Shown: positions 25,901 to 39,400 of the stretch, one piece after another | How positions within the stretch are numbered: position 1 is the stretch's first letter | Layout of the letters: each line of letters begins with the position of its first letter | NCBI GenBank assembly: GCA_000934665.2 | Contig: KZ538363.1 | Span: 1-64,000 of the forward strand | Source: Catajapyx aquilonaris | Taxonomy: Eukaryota | Length of the DNA stretch: 64,000 nucleotides | Reading direction: 5' to 3' | Program-made: the position numbers and the translations under genes | The notes under the pieces: generated by a model | The model's input: the letters and a program-made list of their open reading frames with translations, nothing else | Told to the model about the DNA's origin: nothing | The model's database searches: none

Positions 25901-28556
25901 CGTGAATCAGCCAGAATAATTTATGAGCTCATGGAAGGCTCCAGATACTTTAGTGTCTGTTGTCAGCCATAACTATGTCTCCGGAAAACTAGAAGAACCT
26001 GCTCGTCTTAAGCCTCGAGCCAACATGACAGAGAAAAACTGACCAGTTCAATCGCACCCATTAAAAGGGGAGGGTTGGCTGGCGGAGACAAGTGAGGCTC
26101 TAAATGAGCGAATTTGCCAATTATTTATGACCGTGTCAGTGTCGCTCTTCTTGCGTGCCACGCACAAAAGCTTGGGCTTCTTGGCTTCATATGCGTCTTT
26201 CACACTTTCATCGGAGAGAAAAAGGGCTTGGAGATTAATAGCGATGTTGAGGGAAAGCAGGATGTTTACAAAGCGATGTATGTGCGGCTGTCAACTTGTT
26301 TCTCCTCGGCGATACCTTAGGTGCGTCTAACCTGTTCTTCGGGGCTATATAAGATCGAGCCGTTTTGGCTGCTCTTGAACTCTCAATATCTTGGCCAAGG
26401 ACTTTTATCTGTGCACGAGCTTGGCAGGGAAGGTCATCCCTGATTCCTCGTGGGAAAATTGAATGCATTAATTTTGATGTCCCGAGGTGCTGGAAACCCT
26501 TTTTGCGCCAGGCAGGAGACAAATGACTCGTCATTCATGGCAATCCACAATAAATGGCCATGTGCACTGCTGTGAACTGACGTCACCAATACACCATTTA
26601 TCAATAAGTAGCCATAGCAATGATAGCTGTTTTAAATTTATTAATATATTTGGTTCTTTAATTGCCATTTTAACTGTTATTTAGCCTGCAAGCTCATACA
26701 TTCCGGATGTAAACGACCCTTCAGTCCCTAATACATACTAAACATTCCCTACACTGCATAACCCCCATACTCAATCCGTTGTCGATGAGATAAGCCCAGT
26801 ACCGTTGACAGCAATCTGCGCAAGCAATTGGCCAGCATGATAGGCAATTACCCTACGACACGGCACCCAAGAAGGTGGGTGGGGATTTTTGTCGGCATAA
26901 TATAAGAAAGGGGGGGTCAACCGAAAGAGTGGGGCACAATGATGCCCGGGTTCATAAAAAAATGTGAGAGGGGGGGGGATGAGAGAATGAATGCTGTGAC
27001 GTGACGTCATGAGAGCTGACAGATGCTGGGTGAGCTGTTTTGGCCGTCACCCGCTTATCTAACGAGCTGTCATCTCGAGCGAGACCTACGCGAGAAAGAA
27101 GAACCGCCAGCTAAACCATTCAGATATTATGTTGAATGGTTGCTCCATCACGCGAAATTTTGGTTGCCTAACTGCCAGGAAAAAAAAACTCCCGTTACGG
27201 TTCTGGAGAAAAGGCAACTCTTTGATAAGGGTGGGCATTGTTAAGCCCGATATTGTCAGTGTTTCTTAAAAGAGGTTCACCCTATTGTTGGGATCCGGCA
27301 GGTGCGCCCCATATAATGTCAAATCATTACCCATCGCCCCCCATCCGGAATCGATCTGAGGAATGTTGCGTCCTCTTAGCCATCAAGTGTAACTCAGTAA
27401 TTGTTGCCCTGCCCCAACTCCACCCTATACTGTGAATTTGAAAAACCCCATGCGGCGAGGGGGCAATTGTGACCGGAACAAAGGTTTTGATAGCAGTAGG
27501 CTACCATAATGGAGGGATAGATTTGAGAACAGACCTGCATATGCGCACATTATATCTGGAGATTATACTGTGGCAACTGTCAACCACCCCCTTATAACCC
27601 CCTCGCACGCGCTTGTATGGAGTATCCAGCTGTGTTCTGAATGTGACAATGGCCGCCTAGCGACTGGTTGAGCTGGTTTGGGACCCCCACTTATTGGGTG
27701 CCTCTTCTGCTGCTTTGGGACGCCCTGGGACCAATAATCATGCGCCGTTGGGACTCATTAGTAGATGCACAAAAGAATATTAGGAGAATGCTACAAAACC
27801 GCTCTTTTTCCTCCTTTTCTCCCCACCAGCCAGCCGTGAGAGGAATTTGTAAACGGGCAGTTAAACCATACCTAGGCCATATATTACAACCTCATTGCTT
27901 CGCCTGCACATGTTTGAGAATAACAGCAACACGCTGAAAAATTGTCACATCTGTGTGTCCTAATTGGAAGGACTTTAGCTGCTGGACCACTCTTGTCTTT
28001 TTTGCTCAAGTCGAATGTGACTCTGATCGTTCAACAAATTTGTGACTTATTGCAATGGCAATATTTGCACAGCTCAGCCACTCCAGGTCTGATCTTTGTC
28101 GCATTGTTCGAGGAGTCACCCCAAATGTAAGCACACACGCCTCCATTCTTTGACGGCATCTTATCGAGAACACTCTGCTGTTGGAGTGTCCCATTGGTGC
28201 GATGTTGACAAAAGGTCGGGGAGTCGAAGGGTGGAATGGTTGGGGGGGAATCGCGCGATATGAAGTGACACGTATTGAAACGCCCCGTGGTTTATATACT
28301 TGCTGCGGCAAGGGTCATTGAGCCTGAAAGCAGTTGAGCCTTTGAGCAAACAGCAGCGCGAGAGTCACAGACCGCAGCCTGTGGACTGTGGAGGATGGCG
28401 GACGGAGGGGGTCCAGGGCACAAAAATTCAACCGTGAAGGAATATAAGAGGTGGGGGGTGGGGGAGAAGAGAAGGGTGTTCAGGTTTTTGGGAAGGTGTC
28501 CGAAGAATTGGGCGCCAGGGCGGGTGACTTTACTGTTGCCGACCAGGTCGGAATGC

Positions 28557-28560
<4 letters not shown>

Positions 28561-28628
<68 letters not shown>
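28561..28628. repeat. (AG)34 microsatellite
   Basis: Perfect dinucleotide run inside the intron. Confidence 0.98.
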
Positions 28629-28632
<4 letters not shown>

Positions 28633-31600
28633 CCTCTTCTGTTTTTTGGAGGCCACCGACACTCCGGTTCTCCGGGTGTAACAAAGAGGATGTTTAGTTC
28701 AGAATCAGCGTTACGGGACCAGATTTCCTGAAACGAATGACTTTACCATGGAGTGTTTTCCCAACCATAAAAAGCCGGGCCATTATCAGCCCTATCCACG
28801 CCCTAGAGACTCCTACAAACCTATAACTATCATTGGGAAAACATTGCATTTAATTAATCCTCGTCAAATCAACTGGAATTATCATGGAAATGAGGCGAGT
28901 GCCGGCAACGTTCAATAGCGTCCTTCAACTGCGTCAAAAGCGTCCAAATGGTATAAAATGGTAGAAAAGACCTTTCCTTTCAAGTGACACCCCATCCACC
29001 TGGAAAGGAGGCGGCGCACCCAAGAACATGTTTCTAAAGGCCAAGTCTGTTATCCTCCAGTTAGATAGTGGGCAAGGTTGGGGGCATATGAATACACACA
29101 CACACTCCGTAGTGGTCATGTCTGCAGCTTATTGTGCTCAGATGTCGTGATCATCACCTCATTCCTGCATATTATCCCAGCAAATATTCCCGGAAAAATA
29201 CTTGTGGGTTTTGGGGTAAAGGGTCTAATCCCTACAAACGGGGGTTTCCTTTTGAGAGTATTGGGGTGTAAAGAAAGAGATTGATGTTGCTTTTCCAATC
29301 AGCAAAAGGGTCCTGGTGGGAAAGCTGGAGCTGACGTACAAATGTCACAGCTGTGAATGGAGCCACTTCCATCTGATAAGTAGGGACCGCGGGTATGTAG
29401 CTGTGTTTTAATCACATTGTGAGCAGGCTGTGGAATGTAAAGCAAGTGGCCCCCTGGTGTGGCCTGACAAGCCGAGCGTGGAATCGGCCGGTTAGGGTCC
29501 CGCGGTTTTCCAAAATTATTTGAAGGTTGGGAGGAGGCTGGAAATACATAAGGTGGAGGTGTGGGTGAGTGAAGTTTTGTCCATTCTTCCATATTTGTCG
29601 CCGGTCAGGCACCGTGACTGCTCGTCCCTTTGACTGCGGCTGAAACACACCATGCGGAGCGAGCCTGTTTTCTTAGCAGGCCATTAGATTTGCAGTGTAC
29701 CTATAGTGTACACTATATAGCATGTCCGCACTCAAATTACCCACAGATTTTAGCATCAATCTGAGATTTGTCAAGTTTCTCTATACCGGTATAGGTTGCA
29801 ATGCCAATTTGGCTTTCATTGCAATCGCAAAATATTTTCCGCTCTCTGCGTTCAACAACCCATGATATCAACGCATCGTAATTATCCAACCGACTTAACG
29901 AAACCGGCTTCTGTCCGGGTGTGAATCAGCTTTTCGCATTAACTACGCAATCAGTTTTGGTCGAGGACGTTGGCAGTCGCACCATGACAAACCCGATAAT
30001 AAGTTAGTGTATAGCAACCTTCCTTTGTAAACACATCTAACAGTGTAGCCGAGAATGATTCCGACGTAATTATAGTTGTATACAATACTCGAAAAAATAG
30101 TACACGGTCAGAGGGTGAGATGAAAGTTGGTGTACGTGTGAAAAGCCGTCTTGTTAGCGCCACCCAGGAGACGCCGTGAATGTTCCCCAACCGCAATCAC
30201 ATGACCAATGAGCACGCTCGCCTTGGACCTCGGCTTTTGGAAGTGCGGATAATCGCAAGTCACACTCTTCCTCCTATATATGGTCCCCCAATTCGAAATT
30301 TTTTGATGGGGACTACCTAACCCGAAAACCACAAAAAGTTCGGTCATCGCAGTCGCAATCAGATTTTTGTTCCATTTTGACTCCTGATTTTAAACATTGC
30401 TCACACTCGACCACTTGTTCACGATTTCGGTTCCTGAATAGGGACTTTCATAAAAAGGGAGTGCGATCGGACGGAGGTGCAACGGAAGCATGTAACCGCA
30501 GACGTGTTGTTCATGGTCCGTAGTTCAACCTTGGACGCATACATTGTTGCATCACAAAGCAATCACATCACCTTAATCAGCAATGTTATGTTGGCACAGA
30601 TTACTCGACGCCTCCTGTAAAAATAATGGAGACTTCAGGAAGCCACGGTCCAAATGACATAGACTACTCCTTTGTATAAATCAACCCCCACAACCATTGT
30701 TGATTTTTGGCCCCCCCAGAATTTGACTGTCAACGCGCGTAATCCGAGCACGCACCCATCAGTGTGATCCTCCCGAACGTAATTTGTATCCAGGTGAATG
30801 AGAAAACAATTTCCATTCCCTGGTGATGCACAAAGAGGAGACAGCACACGATGGACTCCCGACGCGCCCTTTGCTTCCACACAGTCCCAGCAGCCAAGCT
30901 AAGCCCATTTCCTGGGATTGGCCACGCACATTGATGCTGCCAGCACCGCCCCAAATCCTGGGGACAAAAGAAGCCTTCAGTCCCCTCTGGAAACCCCCGT
31001 ATCCAGGGCATTAGCTAGCGGTAGGCTGGCTCCTCAATGAGCGCCCGGATCAGCCGCCAGCCTGCCTTCAAATCCCGGATAAGAGGATGAGGAGAGCAGG
31101 ACTGACATCCCAGCCTGCGAACTTTGATCCTCATGGCCCCTCCTTCCTCTTCACTATATACAGAAAGGGCTTCTTTTTTTACTTGCCATGAAGGGGGGCT
31201 TTGCATGCTTGCTACCTGATGGAGATCAAACATGATGGCTGGTATTGCTACTGGATCTGCTTCATGGATTCAGATCCACACCTGCTACTTGCGCTGAAGC
31301 ATGGCAGTGTAGATATGTTCCAAATAAATTTGAAGAAACAATATGGTATTGTGCAACGTTCACTTCAACTGACTTGTCAATTACAGAGTGAGAGATTGAA
31401 ATAGCGTGCGGTAAGAACGTATAATTGAGAGCTGATGGTCTTGAAACAATCAATTCACTATCCATGTCTCCAACTGTCAAAACCCTAACCTAGTTTCACT
31501 GTGACGTTATTGTTCTGTTATTAGACAGAATTAAATGTCAATCCGGTGACGCCTTTTATGCTGAGTTCATCCGCTGCTATTCAGTACACAACTTGTAGAT

Positions 31601-32613
31601 TGGGAGTAATTATTATATGAGTGCTGCAAGTATTGTCCATTGAATTTCTTGACAGCCTTGCGCAATATTTCTTTTTTATTAATTTATTAATTTATTTCTT
31701 AGAGAAAAAAAGAAAGTGATTGGTGTCACTCTGAAGGATGTTTCTCTGAACTATAAGTTGACGAAGGGGGAAAAAAAAGTTGATGAATTAATGAGTCCTG
31801 GCTCAAGGTTTGGGTTTTCCTTTACCTTTTTGCATGCCGGTAACTTTGCATACATCTCTCAAGAGAGATTAATCCATCAACTTGATCCTCGGCGCTATTT
31901 GGATAGTCAATCTGGATAGAGAAACATCTACAGGCCTATACGTATATGAAGGTCGTACGTATGTTTTTAATAAATTAATTTTAAACCCCTTGTAGTGTTT
32001 CCTCCTGATAATTAACTGCCAACAGTGTCCTTCTGCTGTAGTGAGGATTCTCCCGCAAGCTTTCTCACAGGTTATCTATTTGCTGACAGGTAACCTGCAT
32101 GCGGCAGAAGGACAATCAACGTACAGTACCACCTATATCTCCCAATGTTCTGTAGATAATTACATACAAAATTAATTCAAAGAATGTTGTCCTTGATGTT
32201 ATCCAGGAAAATTCATGTTGTAAATTATAATATATTTAAGACACATGAGTTTATTCACGTACTATATACTGTCGATAGGCATGCTATATAGGATAGTGTT
32301 CTTTATTTACTTACAAATGGCTCGTATTGCAATTTAACCCTTCATGTTACATACAACTTTGCTACACACACGCACACATGAACACCTGAAATGCATAATA
32401 ATCAGCCTCATATTGGTCGAAATTGAATATGATATTGTTTGACGATCGAGTTGCAGTTGCAGTCCTTCGGAGAAATGGTTGAAATTCAAAGCTGGAAATA
32501 ACTCCAGAGTGATTCTGGTCATTCTGTATTTCAACCAGAACATTTCGGATTTGATTTCTAATACATGTAACATCGAGAAAAGTCACTAATGCCTCTGATC
32601 GTTTCCCTTGCAG

Positions 32614-33170
32614 GAGAGAAACCTTTCAAGTGCGAGTACGAAGGCTGCGACCGCCGCTTCGCCAACTCCTCAGATCGCAAGAAACACTCGCACGTGCACA
32701 CCTCGGACAAGCCTTACAACTGCAAAGTGCGCGGCTGTGACAAATCCTACACGCACCCCAGCTCGCTCCGGAAGCACATGAAGGTCCACGGGAAGTCCCC
32801 TCCTCCACCCGGAGGATCCGGGTACGACTCGGACTCCTCAGACAGCACCTCGTCCACCTCCAACGGACACCACTCCGCACCGCCTCCGTCGTCGTCCAGC
32901 GTGCCAGCGTCCACTCCTGGCAGCGGCGGCGGTGGAGGAGGAGGAGGCAACACCACGGGCAGCACCGGGGGCGGCCCCACCCCTGGATCGACCCCGCTGA
33001 TCAGCAGCCTGCCGTCCAGCCAGGGTTTGCCCACGGGGGCTCCGACCAACCTGTCCGAGTGGTACGTGTGCCAGAGTGCCGCTGGTATGCCCACCCCACC
33101 TTCCAACGAACACTCGCCCGTGGGCGGAGTGGGCCATCTCCACCCGCCCCCGCCGACCACGGCCTACTGA
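32614..33170 (+). CDS. Zic: Zic coding exon 2 (zinc fingers 4-5, Ser/Gly/Pro-rich tail, EWYV motif)
   Basis: It encodes [58 protein letters not shown], then SGYDS and NLSEWYVCQ (33048-33074). The stop TGA is at 33168-33170. The spliced CDS is 1075+557=1632 nt, or 543 aa plus stop. Confidence 0.97.
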
Positions 33171-34838
33171 GACGGGGCGGGGGCGGGCTTGGGAGGCAGA
33201 TGGGGACTAGTGTGGTAGTGCACCACCGCCCGTCCGTTCTATCCCGCCCCCGGTGTAACCACCGACGATCGTCCGCACCGGTACCATCCCAAAGGGTCAC
33301 ACACCAACCTGGTCCAGGCCTGTCCATGACATTAGACCGCCAACCCATGTAAAAAAAATTAGTGGAGTTTTCCGTCCAACCCATGGAATAATCCCATCTC
33401 CACGGCCCGAATTTTCCAACAGTTAAAGTGCCTCCCTGTTGTAGCTCTCTCAACACCAGGGTGTATTTTATGAAAGAAAAAAAAATTGAACTGATTACCT
33501 CACGCCTGCATGTCGTCTGTCAGTATTATACCAAGGTGTGGAGGGTGCCTGGCGGTGACGAATTTCCTGGACAGGTCTGGGCTACGCATCACGTGCCAGC
33601 CCTCATACTGATGCTGTGCCCCTGTTTCTCTTTGAAAAGTCAGCCATTGTTGGCAGCCCTAAAAGAATTCGTAATTAACGCAGCTGGCTTTTCTGCAACG
33701 TCAGCCTGCCTTAGCGACCTAATTCCTGCGAAAGCCAATTATCCCCCCAAAAGCAAAGGCCTGACCGTTGCCCTTGCGGTGTACGGACAGGTGATTGATT
33801 CCAATAGCCTTTCAATATGGGCGCAGTCTCATTATGGGAGGCAAGGGTACGTGACGCTGCAGCGACTTGACCTCATAACCGTATATCTGTCCCCCCCTGT
33901 GAAAAAAAATTTAAGACTGGACATAAAAGGTGTGGCAAGGACAGTGTCAAGTCACCCTGGATGACCGGTGCGCGGCAGTCCAACAAGACTTTTAAAAACA
34001 TTTCAAGTGTCCATATTTGTACAGTACAATTTTTTTTTGGCTTTGTGATGTGTAGTATTGCAGTGTTTCCAACTGCGTCCGTAAGTCTGTGGCACGAAAC
34101 TGTACAAAAATAGTGTTTGTAATAAGGAAAGCAGGAAGGTGATATTTTGCTTTCTGCCAAAACTGTTTGCTACCTGTGAGGGTTGGACAGGTGAGACAAG
34201 TCCCCGATTTCTTTTTTGTTTTTTTTGTTTCTGACTTCTCCACGATGTAAATAGCCCATAAGTGATGTCTGTAGATCGTCAGCTGCTTCCCTATCCGTGT
34301 CCGCCTTTGCTGCTGTTTGGTTTGTAAATGTCTGCGGCGAAATGTTTTCACACCATCCCCACCCCTCCGCCACAACTTTGCATCCCCCACCTGAATAAAC
34401 AAAAGACTTTGAGCGTCACGGGACGAGACTACTTTCGGGGTCCCCCGGAAATGAGGCACGTTGTGAAAAGCTCATATTCAAAACAATACGTGGCTTCTTT
34501 TCACTGTCAAGTGTCACGGAGAAAAAGACAGGCCATTTCCTTTTCTGCCAGCTTTTTTTTTTTTCCTTTTTCTTTTCTTTCAAATGTACGCCCCCCTCCC
34601 CCTTTCATCCATGGCTTTTTTATTCCAAAGGGATCCACATTCCCACAACCAAATAATCACACCGCAAAAGGTTCGTTTGGTGAACTTGTCGACCAGGTTT
34701 GTCTGCACACGTGTAAATAGTAATGTACAGTACTATGTGTACTTTCGGTTATAACATGCAATCTGAAGTGTGGTGCGTGCGCTATCCCGACTCCAAACAG
34801 GCTCCGGGGGGAAATGAAATGCGACTTTGACAAATTAT

Positions 34839-34900
34839 ATTAAAGCAAGTTTGTTGAACTGTATTCTTTTTTTTTTTTCAACTACAATTTTTTTTAGTGT
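34839..34900 (+). terminator. Candidate proximal polyadenylation signal
   Basis: ATTAAA at 34839-34844 is followed about 20-50 nt later by long T tracts. Confidence 0.35.
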
Positions 34901-36363
34901 GTATTCCTTTGACGGGCATGCACTTCGCCCTCATTTGTATCTTTGAACGCAACACACAATTACGTCACCCCTCCGACAATGTTGTCTCAACGCTGGCAGC
35001 TCCCCGTCATGATTGTGGATCGGGTTATAAATTGTCGAGTCAACTTCAAAGGCCTGATATGATCCGTGATCACGTCTGACCACGCAGGGTGATCCAAGCC
35101 GTGTTGGAGACGGGTCTTGGCAGGTGTCAACTACCTGTCGCGCTGTCCCCGATACTCGATCAATGCATGGCTTTGCGGGGCACCCAACCCTGATGGATTA
35201 CCCCCCTTTCCCTCCCGCCATATACCCCACGCCGCGTCTTTTGCTTGTCGTTGACAAAGTGGAATCGCATCTGCATACACTGCCAATAAAACCCCTAGTT
35301 CTGCCAAGAACACGCGACAAATTGCTGCCCGTCACAAGAGCAGGACATTTCCCAAGTGTGAGGTTTACAACAGCCTGGGGACTAATCAAGTCGTTTGGAG
35401 GAGGACTTTTGGTTGGGGGGGATGAGGTTACCACCGAGGGGAATTGCTGGTGTTTATGTTGCCGATGGGGGTTCCCTCACTTTGGGAAGGGGGGGTCAGG
35501 CCGCACCCCAGTGTCAAACGGGACAGCTACGAACCGGAAGTATTGCCCATGCCGAGAGTTTCACTAACAATCGATGATTGACGTGTAATGTTGTGTTGCA
35601 TTCAAAGAGAAATCGCTGTCGCTTGCCGTGCACGTGCACAGATGCCATATTTCACTTGTTCCGCATTAGTGTCGTAACTCCATTTTTTAAAGGTTGATAC
35701 AGCTACCAGTGTACTGTTGGGAGATATAAAAATATCACATGGCAGCGAATAAGGCTGTTACTAACATTGGCAAATGTCTCAGTCTACAGTTTCAGGCAAA
35801 TATTGGCATTGGTTGTAATAACTTACGTCAATATTGACATGTAAAATATTGACATACGAGGAGCTGTTGCTTGCAAGAGTACACGCGTATCATTCTAGTT
35901 ATGGAGTTACGACAATATGTGGTCCGAAATTCCTGTCGAATTATCCCCTCAAGAGGATCTCGCCACGTGAAAAAAATACACATGATAAATTCTATGCACA
36001 AATCCCACCGAGCCTTGAACATTATTAAGTCTTGACAAAGTACAAATAGAACAAACCAACGTGCTTGCTTTGGCAATGGTTTTCTGCATTTTTTTTGAAA
36101 AAAAATATAGGCTATTTATTGAGTTGATCTTCGAAGTTTGTCGTAGTTAACACTGATTTGTAAATTTTCCTTTGACGATCCTGAGGAGCGCCCGCTTCTA
36201 CTTCGCCTGTGCCTACTTTCTAATAGTCACCGACAGACAGGTGCTCAATGCCACAAATTTATAGACCTATATTTATTTTCTTCCACTTGTTAAGTTACGG
36301 AGGCATCGCAGCACAGGAGTTTCTAGAGATCCACGGTATTCACTTTGTGTGTGAACTGAGAAA

Positions 36364-36447
36364 AATAAAAAAAATACAACCACATCTGTGTAAAATAAAG
36401 TAATCTGAATATATTTGTACTGTATGTTATTTCCAGAGAGAATTAAA
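36364..36447 (+). terminator. Cluster of candidate polyadenylation signals (distal)
   Basis: AATAAA occurs at 36364-36369 and 36394-36399 and ATTAAA at 36442-36447, with TGTA elements and a downstream GT-rich stretch (~36475-36490). Confidence 0.5.
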
Positions 36448-39400
36448 GTGGAAATTGAACGTTACACCTGAATTTGGCATTGTTCTTGTAATTCGCGCAC
36501 GACGTGGGGGTATGTGCTATGTCAAAAAATTTGCCGATTCAGCATATCGTACCCCTGCTATGCAGTCAGATGAGCTGCCAAGGTGAAAAACCACTTGCCC
36601 GCTTCCTCTTTACAGGGGTCAAACGCTCAGAGACACTCTAAACCTGTGCAGGTCGGAATAATTCACGCAGCTGTCGTCAAAATCACATGGTGTCAAGGGC
36701 ACTGACTCTAATCTCCTCCCTTGCACTTCTGCATGTCGGATGGCCTTTGCCCTTTACCTTTGCATGCTCACACACACCACTGCAGAAACCGGTCACATAT
36801 GATTCGAGGGCCGTCACCAGCAGAATTTCACTTTGGATCTGTGGCAGGTCAGGCATACGCCTTCGCCCTTGCAAACTTTTAATCATATCAAACATGAAAG
36901 CTTCAACTAGTCTCCACTGTATACAGACAGTGTATGGGGAAATATGAAGTGCTAAATACAACTGTGGGCGCAGTCTGCAATAACTTAGACATATTTTTCG
37001 CATCCGTTATGCAATTTTTTCTAAAACAATGTAGGTCTTACAAATTTGCACAAAATTGGTTAAAATTGAATTAAATATTTCATTCACCTGTAAGAGCATC
37101 AACACTTCCTATATAGCCCACACTATTTGCTTTGACGGCATATCCCACATCCTGAGTAATACTTCTGCATTGGATATTAGTTACCAGCTTAGGGAGGAAT
37201 GCCATCGACGTTGCCACATCCCACGACGCAACGCCCATATCACGTGTCGCAGCGATGCACCACGGAAGCTTAGCTTCTCGACGAAACCGGTCGTGAAAAA
37301 AGGCCTAAAGATGAAAACTAATCCTGACAAGGTGATGCATGGGGTCTCTCAGAGCTGCGAATACCCAGGAGAACTCCGGCACACTCTATACCTTCGTCTT
37401 TTGTGCCGGAGTAAAAAAGAGCCAGACGAACTGCGACTCCAGAGAAGAACAGCTCCATTTGGAATCCCTAATCCTTCCGGACATGACATAACTCACCCCG
37501 TGACATCCCCGACAATAACCCTCCCGGCGCCATGTTTGCTTCCCAAGGTAAGTGCCCTGTGATGCTCGGATTTCCTTTTTCTCTTTTGACAATAATTTCT
37601 GCCCAGAGCTGGTGAGAGGGCTCCCACGAGAGGCGCCCCCTCAACAATCGATGGCGCCCCTGCAATCAATACCTGAGTGTGTGTGTGTCTCAACCAGAGA
37701 GAAAAATCTTCGCAGCTGTGTGGAGGTAAGGTTCAGAAAAATTTTGTGTGAAACTTTTGGTCCGAATGTTTTTTGGGGCAGGGTGTGGAGCAAGGGGTCC
37801 GTAAATCGGGGGTGCCCAAGAAAACCCCTCTGGAGCTGAGGGAAATGGCCTCTCTCCTGACAGTTAAGAAGGCACCATCTATCTCGCTCTTTCGCTCGCA
37901 CCTGGGAAATGGAAGACTGCCACTTGGGGGCTCACATTTTTACTTCATCTCCACTTTTACTACTGCCATTCCCATCAAACCATCGCTGCAACGACAGACT
38001 TTGTGACTAATACCCTGTTGTTGGGTGTTGTTGAGCAGCCCAACACTCCTTCCCCTTTTCCACTTAGCAATTGGGGGAAAAAATATTCTTCCACATATTT
38101 AACTCTGATGGAAGTGGATTAAAATGATTAATTCGTTCTACTTATTTAAGTGGGAATTGGTGGAGAGTAGAATTATTTATAAAGATGAGATAAGGGAGGA
38201 TAAAAAAAACAAGGCCAATTGGGATTCAGGATGGGGGAAAAGCGATCCACCCATGTTGGAAAGCGAGACCAATACGAGGCTCACACATCTCGTTACAGGG
38301 AACAGAGGGATGAGCCTTTCATGTTTTGTGGGTTAACAATAGATTGCGAGATGTGACGAGCATGCATATGGAAAATAGGCCCTATTCTGCGCTGTGCCCT
38401 TTCACAACATGACACAAGTGATGCCACCAATGATATCAGCCACTGCTTTCATTAAGCCAAAAACACGGGTATGACACACTGCCGGCTGTACAAAGGTGCA
38501 ACATCTATAGTTACTTGTATAAGTAGCCTTATCCTGTTTGTAATGGAATCTCTTCGTCCAGCAAAAATATTTCTTGAACAGGTTTCCCTTGCAAATCTGG
38601 AAAATCTAACTGAGGAAAATGTAGTACGAGTAATTTGAGATTTTCAATGCCGAATCCGGGGGGGGGGGGGGGGGNGGGGGGGACCATTATAAACTAGATT
38701 TCAGGTCTTCATAAAATAATTGTGCAACAGTATAAGGCATGCTACGAATATAGTTTGAAGGATCTGTGAATTTTTGTATCTTTCTGATGCGAAAAAGGAA
38801 ACTTTGCGTCGTCTCAGTTTTCTGAAGAAGTAAAATGATCTTAATCAGTTAATAATTTTGGACCTTCTAAAATATCATAGTTATGATATGAAGAAAATAA
38901 ATTTCTGCGCCGATATGTCTGCAAAGCTAAGCTTTCCTTGGATTATTATTTCAAAAGGGTTCATGCATATTTATTTCGTTTTTTTCTCATATCCATCAAC
39001 TGAGCCAAAATATTAACTCATTGCACCGAGTTTTCCACACGTTCGTTGTTCACAAGTCCGTGTAGAATAATGTATTCTTTTCCATATAAATAATAAAGAC
39101 ATTACCTGACGACAGTATACATTTGGAAGTTGACCGAGTGCGTGCCGGACAGCTCACAGCACCGCCAACAATATTTCAACAGTTTAGGCCTGTCCTCTCA
39201 ACAATGCCTATATCCCTCGTTAAATTACGTTCCCTGTCGACAAGCTCATACTTTCGATGACAGCTTTTCAACAGTTTGCTAAAAAGCCATGTTTTGCACA
39301 TAAAAACAATCGCCGACAGCCCTGACAACTTAACGGCATTGTTATTTTCACTCAACCGGCATTCCGTATGCATTAAAAAGGCATTAAATAGGGGAGCTCC

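Larger units (their letters stand above)
10092..32613 (+). other. Zic: Zic intron (22,522 bp, phase 1, in the ZF3-ZF4 linker)
   Basis: The donor GTAAGT is at 10092, a branch-point-like CTAAT at 32586-32590, and the acceptor gtttcccttgCAG ends at 32613. Joining G+GA restores the linker HTGEKPF. The position matches the conserved bilaterian Zic 'A' intron. Confidence 0.95.
33171..36470 (+). other. Zic: Probable long 3' UTR of Zic
   Basis: U-rich tracts and repeated TGTA motifs follow the stop codon. Candidate polyadenylation signals lie at 34839 and 36364-36447. The 3' boundary is inferred. Confidence 0.5.

Noticed and set aside
28292..28697. ORFs with poly-RE/poly-SL (also poly-L at 42480-42827, poly-Y/T/I at 52756-53012)
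   Set aside because: They are translations of microsatellites.
32589..32613. ATG 32589 (MPLIVSLA) as an independent start for exon 2
   Set aside because: It overlaps the branch point and polypyrimidine tract of the splice acceptor.
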